Source: Candidatus Eiseniibacteriota bacterium (GTDB taxonomy: Bacteria; Eisenbacteria; RBG-16-71-46). Taken from it: a stretch of DNA of 64,000 nt. The DNA is taken from assembly GCA_044223005.1 (NCBI GenBank), contig JBGAML010000005.1, positions 96,001 through 160,000 on the forward strand, read 5' to 3'. The translations under genes and the position numbers were made by a program. The notes under the pieces were generated by a model, which saw only the letters and a list, made by a program, of their open reading frames with translations, was not told the origin of the DNA and ran no database searches. Below are positions 41,147 to 48,613 of the stretch, piece after piece. The number at the start of each line of letters is the position of its first letter. Positions within the stretch are counted from its first letter, which is position 1.

Positions 41147-41425
41147 GTGCGTCCATAGACTACATTGGACGCTCGCGGACGTGAGTGGACGCGGAGGCCG
41201 TAGCCACGAGGAGCGTCAAAGCAGCGGTCTCTCACACCGCAGCGCGGGGTTGATTCCACCAAGACACGCGGGATCGTGAAGGGAGCTGCGGTCGCCAGCA
41301 CCGCATGATAGTCCCATTGTGTGGGCGAAACTCGAAAGTCGGCTCGGCGTTGGCTACGGTCTCGGAGTGGGAGGAGCAGAACCGCTGCGTCGCCGGGGAT
41401 GGTAAGTGGCGCATTGGAGGGCGAG

Positions 41426-42106
41426 GTGAGCACTGAAAGAGCGCCTGAAGGGGCACGGCTGAGCGCTTCTGGCCGCGTCACAGTTGCGATTGTTGGCACA
41501 ATTCTGCTTGGAGCGCTTGGGAGCGGCTTGTGGGAGCAACTCCTGCGGCCTGTCGGGAGCGCGTTGTACCGCGGAACGCTGAAGCTCGGTTTACTGGGGC
41601 TTCAGGAGCACGTGGACATGATTTACGCCGACATCGCGATGCATGGAACGCTGGCAGTCGACCACGAGAATTTCAGAACGCTGCAAGTCATGTTTATGAC
41701 GCTCATCCTCTCCATGATCGGATCGCTCTGGGTGATGCATCGCATTGTGAAGAGGCAACAGCGTGGCGGCAGTGTCGGGTTGACCAGGTGGGAGCGGCTC
41801 GCTCGCAGACTCAGTACCGGCGCACTCGTCAGTTGGATCGTAGGGGCCGAGTGCGTTGCGCTACTTGTTGTGGCTGTGCTCTGGGTTGTTCGCGAAGACG
41901 AGAGTATGTTCGTGGCGCACGCCGAACGTCAGGCGACACAATGCATCACGATCTTGGCGCCGCACGAATCGGCTTCGCATGTACTTGAGTGGCGCGCGAA
42001 GCTTGCGAGCGTCGGTTCGCGTAGTGATTACATTGCATTGATGCAATCGCTGACGAGCGCTGCGGATAGTGCGCACGTTAAGCTGCCGCACTTTCGACTT
42101 TGGTGA
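41426..42106 (+). CDS. Hypothetical membrane protein (about 3 TM), element cargo
   Basis: GGAGG-GTG start; hydrophobic segments; TILLGALGSGLWE. Confidence 0.7.
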   Translation: MSTERAPEGARLSASGRVTVAIVGTILLGALGSGLWEQLLRPVGSALYRGTLKLGLLGLQEHVDMIYADIAMHGTLAVDHENFRTLQVMFMTLILSMIGSLWVMHRIVKRQQRGGSVGLTRWERLARRLSTGALVSWIVGAECVALLVVAVLWVVREDESMFVAHAERQATQCITILAPHESASHVLEWRAKLASVGSRSDYIALMQSLTSAADSAHVKLPHFRLW

Positions 42107-42407
42107 CGATGCGTCAGGGAAAGGCCTCGCAATCGAAACGTTGGACGGCGCTGAAGGTGAGGGCGTCTGCTAGGGAGGAGAGAATCGTCCGCGCCGACGG
42201 GACTCCTCAGAGGTGAGAGTACGAGAGGCGCGTCACGCGCATCGGAGACGTTCCCAGTGCGGACGGTGCGCCTGCAGGTCTCTGTGGGATGTAGCCAAGC
42301 GGCAAACGTAGTCATGGTGAGTCGCCGTTGGGCGCATCACGGTGAGGGACTGCCGTCGGGTGGAGAGGTAGCTCATTCGACGTAGCTGGCTGAGTCAGGG
42401 GGCCGAA

Positions 42408-42863
42408 ATGAGCGTGCGACGTGGCTTGGCGCGACTGTACATTTCGCTTTGGATCGGGGCGGCTGCGCTGAGCGCGGTATTCGTGGGCAATGAGGTCTTG
42501 CAGACACTTCGTGTGGTGCGCATCGCTCGCGAATGGACTCCCCGGCGTGCCGAAGCCACCTTGCCAACCGGGATGATGTGGGATCAGGACACCACTCAGG
42601 TGATCTACCTGGGTCCCGGTGGGTCGCGTATTAGCTTCCCCACTGGCGTCAGCGACTCAATGGTGAGAGAGGCAGTGCTACGCAGTTTTCCGGACTCGAC
42701 ACGAGAGCATGCCGCTGCGGTTGAGGCGGCGGTCTTAGACGTGAGGCGGGCGCATGTGGGCTTGCACATTGCGAGCGTCGTCGCTTTGTGGATCGTCGGA
42801 GCGGCACTACTTCCCGGGGCTGTCTTCTTAGCTGCGCGATGGATTTGGAAGGGATTCGAGTGA
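42408..42863 (+). CDS. Hypothetical 2-TM membrane protein, element cargo
   Basis: RRGLARLY...W N-terminal TM; C-terminal TM ending WIWKGF. Confidence 0.65.
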   Translation: MSVRRGLARLYISLWIGAAALSAVFVGNEVLQTLRVVRIAREWTPRRAEATLPTGMMWDQDTTQVIYLGPGGSRISFPTGVSDSMVREAVLRSFPDSTREHAAAVEAAVLDVRRAHVGLHIASVVALWIVGAALLPGAVFLAARWIWKGFE

Positions 42864-42938
42864 AGAGCGCAGTACGCGAGGGTGCCGCATCAATATAGCG
42901 ATAGGCACATCCGGCCGCCTCAGAAACGGAGGCATTTG

Positions 42939-43733
42939 ATGGCCACCAGGGCGAGACCGCTGATGCCTCGCTTGCGACGGATCAAGATGGCTGGCTGGAC
43001 GTCTCGAATCTCCGCCGGGGCCTACGGCAAGGGAGTGTCAGCATGCCTTGAGAATGCGCGCGGCCTCCTTGAAGAATCGTCGCTTCTGTTCGATGCAGGT
43101 CACCATGCCCGAGCTACGGCCTTAGCGATTCTCGCAGTGGAGGAGGGCGACAAAGTACGGCGGCTACTCATGCTCTGCCTGGCTGATGGCAACCTGGCAC
43201 GGGAGTGGGAGGATTTTCGAAACCACGGCCCGAAGCTCTCCGCCGCTTTCTCGCTGTTTACGCATGGGAAGTTCAGTCACCTCAGGACGTCATGGGCCCA
43301 GCTGAGGCCCAAAGCGGGCGCGCCCGAGTGGTTCCGCGACTTGCCTCACTACGCCGGCCGGGTCAAAGAGCGAATGCTCTACGTGGACCTGCTCAAGGAC
43401 GGGTCGTGGTCTTCACCATCTCGCGCGCTGCCCCCGCTCGTGTGCGAGGGCATCATACTCTTCTGTCAGATGGCTGTCGGAGTGACGACGACATTCGCCT
43501 TGGGAATCGATCTCGTACTGCATGGGCAGCTTGAACCAGGCGAACTCCAGCTTCCTGTGATGGAACCGGCTAGCATGACGCCTCAGGCGCGACGGTGGTT
43601 CAAGTGGCGCAGTGGAGCAGCAGGACAGCGCTGGGGATCGCGCGAGTTGGCGCGTCAAATGGAATGGGCAGAGCGGTTGGCGAAGATGAGCCCAAAGACG
43701 CGTCGAAGGCCAATGGGGGCCAATGCGGGGTGA
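42939..43733 (+). CDS. AbiV-family (HEPN-like) putative abortive-infection protein
   Basis: CLENARGLLEESSLL...ARATALAILAVEEGDK, FRNHGPK, KERMLYVD, WSSP. Confidence 0.75.
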   Translation: MATRARPLMPRLRRIKMAGWTSRISAGAYGKGVSACLENARGLLEESSLLFDAGHHARATALAILAVEEGDKVRRLLMLCLADGNLAREWEDFRNHGPKLSAAFSLFTHGKFSHLRTSWAQLRPKAGAPEWFRDLPHYAGRVKERMLYVDLLKDGSWSSPSRALPPLVCEGIILFCQMAVGVTTTFALGIDLVLHGQLEPGELQLPVMEPASMTPQARRWFKWRSGAAGQRWGSRELARQMEWAERLAKMSPKTRRRPMGANAG

Positions 43734-43879
43734 GCTCCTGCGAACCCTCGGGCTCTCCCTTGGCAATACTACTCAAAACTGAAACGCCCCCGGATCTCGG
43801 AGCAGACGCGGACGAATCCAGAGCGTGACGCGCGCCGATTCCGCTTCGTCCTCCGGGCGGAGAGCGATGGGGGCCGCAA

Positions 43880-44239
43880 CCTGTGAAATGGCTTGACTTT
43901 CGGCCAATTTCGTGGTATACATAGAGTCACAGGGGAAGCACGTCCGGTGTTCTACTCCGGACTAGACGCTGGCGGCACAGGGCGTCCGTAGGTCAATCCA
44001 GATGGCCCTGACGGGGCCACCGAGAGCGCAGTCCAGGCTCGTACCGCGGGACTCTTCCTTCGCGGATTTCCCCTTCGTCCAAGGGACCACCGTATCGAGC
44101 GGGGCTTTGATGCTGCCCGGCGCTTTCGCGACCGCCCGGATGGGCCGTGCGAACGCCGGGGCATCCGTGCTGCCCGGCCGGTGGCCCGCAGTTGTTCACC
44201 TGACGCGGCCAGGGGGCCGCACCATCAAGGGGCTGTGGG
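43880..44239 (+). ncRNA. Promoter-like region and candidate structured leader RNA of the HTH-HTH-integrase operon
   Basis: TTGACT - 17 bp - TATACA (43893-43921), followed by several nested hairpins. Confidence 0.4.
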
Positions 44240-44656
44240 ATGAGTCGCAAGAACAGGTTGTCGCGGGACGAGAAGTTCGTGCACTGGCAGGAAGAGCAGA
44301 TGGAGAAGGATTTGCGGGACAAGGGGTACCTAACAGACGAACCGGCCTTCGACGAGGACGACGTGGCCGTCGCCCCGGACGAGGTCAACACGTTCGATAG
44401 CTGGGAGGAAGGCCGAGAGATTCCCGAAGAGCACGCGCGCATCCGCTCGGATGCGTGGCGGTGGGCGCGGTGCGGCACGGTGCGTGACGTGGCGCACTTC
44501 TTCCGGGTGCACGAGAAAACTGTCGAGACCTGGCGGCGAAAGCTCGGCATGCCGTACGTCCGGGTCAACGGGGTGATTCGCTACGAGCTCGCGCAGGTCC
44601 AGGTGTGGGTCGCGTTGCACCGGCGGCAGGAGAGGGTGACGAAGTCAGCGGCGTAG
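44240..44656 (+). CDS. HTH DNA-binding protein (MerR/excisionase-like) with acidic N-terminus
   Basis: TVRDVAHFFRVHEKTVETWRRKLGMPYVRVNGVIRY. Confidence 0.75.
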   Translation: MSRKNRLSRDEKFVHWQEEQMEKDLRDKGYLTDEPAFDEDDVAVAPDEVNTFDSWEEGREIPEEHARIRSDAWRWARCGTVRDVAHFFRVHEKTVETWRRKLGMPYVRVNGVIRYELAQVQVWVALHRRQERVTKSAA

Positions 44657-44731
44657 CAGTCGGGGACTTGGGCAGGGCGATCGGCGGCGGCGGCGCGAAA
44701 GCGTCGTCGCCGCCTCGCCACTTGGGGAGGT

Positions 44732-45058
44732 ATGAGGATGGGACTCTCGATTCTGGCGCCGGGCCGCAGGACTCAGCTCGCGGACTTGTTCCTGCAGGAG
44801 AGGCTGGAGGCTCTGGAACGCGCGACGACGCCCCGTGCGGCGCCGATCACGGCGACCGAGGTACTTCGTGACGAGGCGGCGACGAAACTCCGTCAGGGCG
44901 CGAACCTGACGCGCGACGAGGTCGCGGCGCACCTCGACGTGAGCACCAAGAAGGTCCAACGCATGGACGCAGCGGGGACGCTGCGGCGTTGTCCCAACAT
45001 GGGCACGGTCGTACGCTACGCGGCACGCGACGTCCTGCGGCTCGCTTCGGTCAAGTGA
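44732..45058 (+). CDS. Excisionase-like HTH protein (probable recombination directionality factor)
   Basis: LTRDEVAAHLDVSTKKVQRM...G.L...VVRY; immediately upstream of the integrase. Confidence 0.75.
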   Translation: MRMGLSILAPGRRTQLADLFLQERLEALERATTPRAAPITATEVLRDEAATKLRQGANLTRDEVAAHLDVSTKKVQRMDAAGTLRRCPNMGTVVRYAARDVLRLASVK

Positions 45059-45070
45059 AAGGAGACCGAA

Positions 45071-46090
45071 ATGCCGAAGCTGCCCAGGGGGATGTTTCGC
45101 AGGAAGGGTCGTCCGGGCTGGTACATCCGGCTCTTCGCCAGCGGTCGCGAGCGGTGGGTGTCGCTCGGGACCGACTTTGCCCAGGCGTGCGACAAGGCCC
45201 GTGCCTACGCGGCAGGGCTGACCGTGGCTCCCGGTCGTGCGGGAACGGTCGCCGAAGTTGCGGAGCAGTGGCTGTCGTCGTACGTGCAGACGCAGCGGAA
45301 CGTGAAGGGCCAGACGCTGGCGGCGCAGCGCGTGCGCGCGTACGTAGAACCGTTCTTCGGTCACATGATCGTGGAGCGGGTGACGCGCGAGGACGTGCGG
45401 TCGTTCCGGCTCTGGTTGCAATCGCGGACTTCGCTGAGCCTGACCAGCGTGGCGCACGTGCTTTCGGACGTGCGGTGCCTGTTCAACTGGTGCGAAGAGG
45501 CGGGGCTGGTGGAGCGGAGTCCGTTTCCGCGCCGGGTCATGCCCCGGCTGCAGGAGCAGCTGCCGGACCGGTTGACCGACGAAGAGGCGGCGCGCATCGC
45601 CGCCGTGCAGGAGCCCTACGGGTTCGTGTGCCGTCTGGCACTCGGCACCGGGCTGCGGTGGGGCGAGTTGACTCGCGCTCAGGCGTCGGACGTGAAGCGC
45701 ATTCGCGTTCCGGGTTCGAGCGAGGACCAGTGGTGCTTGGAAGTGTCGCAGACCAAGAGCAAGCGTGTGCGTCGTGTCCCGCTCGCACCGGAGCTCGCAG
45801 CAGAGGTCCGGCAGCGCGTGGGACGGCTGGTCGCGTTCGCAACCGGTTCGCCCGGTTCGTTCGCGTTGCGTGTGGCAAGGCTGGCAGGCGTGGAGGGCTT
45901 TCACGTTCACCAGACGCGGCACACGTTCGCGTGTCAGTGGCTGGAACGGGGCGGCTCGCTGGCCGCTCTGCAACAGGTCCTCGGCCACGCGGACATCAGC
46001 ACGACGCAGCGCTACGCGAAGCTCGGAGATGAGGCGCTGATGCGGGAAGCGGCGAGGCTGGGTCAGATTGGAGGGCGTCGTGGGGCATGA
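45071..46090 (+). CDS. Tyrosine integrase with N-terminal arm-binding domain
   Basis: WYIR...RERWVSLGT N-domain; GLRWGE, TKS, HQTRH, LGH, TTQRY catalytic set. Confidence 0.95.
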   Translation: MPKLPRGMFRRKGRPGWYIRLFASGRERWVSLGTDFAQACDKARAYAAGLTVAPGRAGTVAEVAEQWLSSYVQTQRNVKGQTLAAQRVRAYVEPFFGHMIVERVTREDVRSFRLWLQSRTSLSLTSVAHVLSDVRCLFNWCEEAGLVERSPFPRRVMPRLQEQLPDRLTDEEAARIAAVQEPYGFVCRLALGTGLRWGELTRAQASDVKRIRVPGSSEDQWCLEVSQTKSKRVRRVPLAPELAAEVRQRVGRLVAFATGSPGSFALRVARLAGVEGFHVHQTRHTFACQWLERGGSLAALQQVLGHADISTTQRYAKLGDEALMREAARLGQIGGRRGA

Positions 46091-46760
46091 TCAGTTCGTG
46101 AAGGACGCAGGTACGTTTATCCCGCCCCTCGACTTGGTGGAATTGGTGGTCAAGGAGCAGGCATCCATCGCGAAAAGCGACTTCTTCAACAACCCGGAGC
46201 ATCAGCCGCTGAAAGACGCTTGGCAGGGCGGAATCCTCGCCACGGGATACGAAGAACTAGCTAAGCGGGCGGTCAAAGTGCGCCTGTCGTCGCACGAGCA
46301 GTTCCCGGACTTCCAGATCAGTGACGAGGGCACCGTGCATGACTTCGAAGCGGTGATGGCGCTCAACAAGCCGCTCGGGAAGACCTACAAGGGCGACATG
46401 AGCACTGGTGCCCCAGTTCTCGGCAGACCTGACACTCTGCCTCCTCTGAACTTAGATCCAGTACGAGAGGTCGTGGAGAAGAAGGTCAAGAAGAACTACG
46501 CGGGGAAAGTGAACCTGTGCGTGTACATGAACTTCTCGGGCTCGGATGCGGAGTTCGAGGAGGTCAAGCGAGTAGTCCTGGCCGCGGCCCAGGACAAATT
46601 CGAGTCGATCTGGCTGATCGCACGGGGCAACTTCAAGGGCGAGGCGGACGTCGGAGGATTGTTCATTTGCTGCGTGAAGGAATCTCCCGACCTTCCGAAG
46701 ACGGGCAACTGGTACAAGCTGAGCCGAGTGATTGGCGTGAAGCCCGAGGCAAGTTCATAG
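46080..46760 (+). CDS. Hypothetical protein, possible PD-(D/E)xK-like fold
   Basis: GGAGG-GTG start; FPDFQI...HDFEAV. Confidence 0.65.
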   Translation: MGHDQFVKDAGTFIPPLDLVELVVKEQASIAKSDFFNNPEHQPLKDAWQGGILATGYEELAKRAVKVRLSSHEQFPDFQISDEGTVHDFEAVMALNKPLGKTYKGDMSTGAPVLGRPDTLPPLNLDPVREVVEKKVKKNYAGKVNLCVYMNFSGSDAEFEEVKRVVLAAAQDKFESIWLIARGNFKGEADVGGLFICCVKESPDLPKTGNWYKLSRVIGVKPEASS

Positions 46761-46843
46761 CGGTCGCTCGGGAAGGCGCACTGCTCGAAAGGCTTCGTGG
46801 CGACGTCACACGTCAGACGCCCCGTCAGGCTGAGAGGATTCGC

Positions 46844-47266
46844 ATGGCTGAGGACTTCAGCAGTGGTTCCAGTGCGCATTTCCCGGTCCTGGTTATCGAC
46901 CGGGATGGCTGGATATACGGTGCGTTCGACGCAACGTCGCTCGATGGGAACTTCGAGGAACCCGAGATCGGGCAAGCGAAGTACCTGTGCTGGGACCGTG
47001 ACTCGAGGCCAGTCAGCATGCGTTTCGTCGGGCGAACCCAGGTTGTTGCGACGAGCGGTAGGCCAGAGCCCGAAGCACTCTCGCGTCGACTCATGTTGCA
47101 TGCTATGGACATGGGGATCCGCGTTGACGGCACAACACAGGACCCGTTCGAACTGTGGGAGAGAATCGCGGAAGCCCGCGAAAGGAAATGGGAGGGAGGT
47201 CCGATCGCCCGAGCTGCACGCTTCCTTCGCGGGCTTATGCAGCCGAGGCGAAAGCTCTCACCGTAG
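46844..47266 (+). CDS. Hypothetical protein
   Basis: GAGG RBS; stop codon lies within the arm-type repeat. Confidence 0.55.
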   Translation: MAEDFSSGSSAHFPVLVIDRDGWIYGAFDATSLDGNFEEPEIGQAKYLCWDRDSRPVSMRFVGRTQVVATSGRPEPEALSRRLMLHAMDMGIRVDGTTQDPFELWERIAEARERKWEGGPIARAARFLRGLMQPRRKLSP

Positions 47267-47283
47267 CCAAGACCGTAGCCAAG
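47260..47283 (+). repeat. Tandem 12-bp repeat, probable integrase arm-type sites
   Basis: ACCGTAGCCAAG twice; related copies at 41198-41206 and inverted at 41350-41362. Confidence 0.75.
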
Positions 47284-47359
47284 CCGAACCGAGGCACCTG
47301 AACCAGTGCCAGAGGTGCCTTGCGTAAGTAGCTGGGATGCACGAGAGTGGCCCGCCCGT

Positions 47360-47436
47360 GGCCCTGTAGCTCAGACGGATAGAGCAGCGGTTTCCTAAAC
47401 CGCGTGCCGCTGGTTCGACTCCAGCCAGGGCCACCA
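47360..47436 (+). tRNA. tRNA-Arg (anticodon CCT), reconstituted at attR
   Basis: Acceptor stem GGCCCTG/CAGGGCC, D arm TAGCTCAG..GGATAGAGC, anticodon arm GCGGT-TTCCTAA-ACCGC, T loop GGTTCGAC, encoded CCA. Confidence 0.96.
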
Positions 47437-47525
47437 CGATTTGCCCGCATGCGGTGCGGCCGCGAACCCGCCGCATCGGCGCGGCGAGCCCGCGGCCGCG
47501 GAGCCCGATGATCCGGCCCGAGCGT

Positions 47526-48059
47526 TCAGCGTGCGTCCGGGTGCTGGAGCAGCTCCACGATCAGCTCGTTCAGCTGTCCGAGCGTCTCGGCCATGCCGCC
47601 TTCCATGCCCTCGACGTCACCCTCCATGGCCGCGTCGAGCGCTTCCTTGGACGGGTAGAGGTCGTGCATGACGACGCGCGTCCGCTCGCCCAGTGCCTCG
47701 AACGTCACGGTGGTGATGGTCGCGCCCTCTTCGCCTTCTTCGTTGGTCCAGACGAGGCGGGAGGGAGGCGTCACCTCGAGGTACTTGCCGAAGAACTCCA
47801 TCGTCTTCGAATCGCCGAGATCCCACACGACAAGGTAGCGGCCGCCGACACGGCAATCAGTGTCGAAGGAGAGGAGGGGCACCGGGCTCGCCTTGGGCGC
47901 CCACCAGCGCTTGAGCAGGTCCGAGCGCGTGAACGCCTCGAACACGAGCCGCGCGGGCCCGTCGATCATGCGGGTGACGACGAGCTCGCGATCCGACGTG
48001 CGTTCGACGGTCGCGCGATTCCTACCCGGCGTGGCCTCAGGCCCGCGGTTTGCGTCCAT
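47526..48059 (-). CDS. SRPBCC/AHSA1 domain protein
   Basis: RELVVTR...PARLVFEAFT...KRWWAP, DCRVGGRY, PPSRLVWT. Confidence 0.85.
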   Translation of the reverse strand: MDANRGPEATPGRNRATVERTSDRELVVTRMIDGPARLVFEAFTRSDLLKRWWAPKASPVPLLSFDTDCRVGGRYLVVWDLGDSKTMEFFGKYLEVTPPSRLVWTNEEGEEGATITTVTFEALGERTRVVMHDLYPSKEALDAAMEGDVEGMEGGMAETLGQLNELIVELLQHPDAR

Positions 48060-48402
48060 GGCGCTTCTCCTTGTGTTTGAGTTCCGCGACCACTCGTTCC
48101 AGTTCGTCGAATCGCGCGTCCCACATCCGGCGATAGCCCTCGAGCCATTCGGCCTCGCGCTCGAGGCGATGGGGCCCCAGCCGGCAGTTGCGGACTCGGC
48201 CGACCTTCTCGGTCGTGACGAGCCCGGCGTCCTCGAGCACGCGGACGTGCTTCCGCATGCCGGTCAGCGTCAGCCGGAAGCGAACGGCGAGGTCGCTGAT
48301 CGAGGCGTCCGAGCGGCCGAGATGCTCCAGAACGCCGCGCCGCGTGGCGTCGGCGAGTGCCGCGAATGCTCCGTCGAGGTGCATCGATGAATACTGAACC
48401 AT
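48037..48402 (-). CDS. ArsR-family regulator
   Basis: FAALADATRR, KHVRVLEDAGLV, KVGRVRNC. Confidence 0.88.
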   Translation of the reverse strand: MVQYSSMHLDGAFAALADATRRGVLEHLGRSDASISDLAVRFRLTLTGMRKHVRVLEDAGLVTTEKVGRVRNCRLGPHRLEREAEWLEGYRRMWDARFDELERVVAELKHKEKRHGRKPRA

Positions 48403-48414
48403 GTGGTTCAGTAT
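48391..48414. promoter_or_regulatory. Operator palindrome over the regulator start codon
   Basis: ATACTGAACCA-TG-TGGTTCAGTAT. Confidence 0.7.
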
Positions 48415-48613
48415 ATGGACCGGCGTTGCCGCAAGGCAAGGGGAATCGGGGCGGCCCCGCACCGGCCGCCGGGGGCCCCGCCGGGGGCGCTCGCGAGGAT
48501 GAAATCGTGTTCCCTTCGCTCACCGCTCTCCTTATCCTCATTGTTCGCCGCCGTCGTCCATCCCGGCAGCGCGCGCCCGACGTGCGCCCGCTGCGCCGCT
48601 CCCCGGAGGCCCC

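Larger units (their letters stand above)
41046..47398 (+). mobile_element. 6353-bp integrative element in tRNA-Arg(CCU)
   Basis: Flanking att repeats, tyrosine integrase, two HTH/excisionase-like genes, visibly lower GC than the flanks. Confidence 0.9.

Noticed and set aside
43780..43807. TGAAACGCCCCCGGATCTCGG resembling an IS3-family terminal repeat
   Set aside because: No transposase follows, it does not pair with the end at 36615, and it is equally explained as one arm of a local hairpin.
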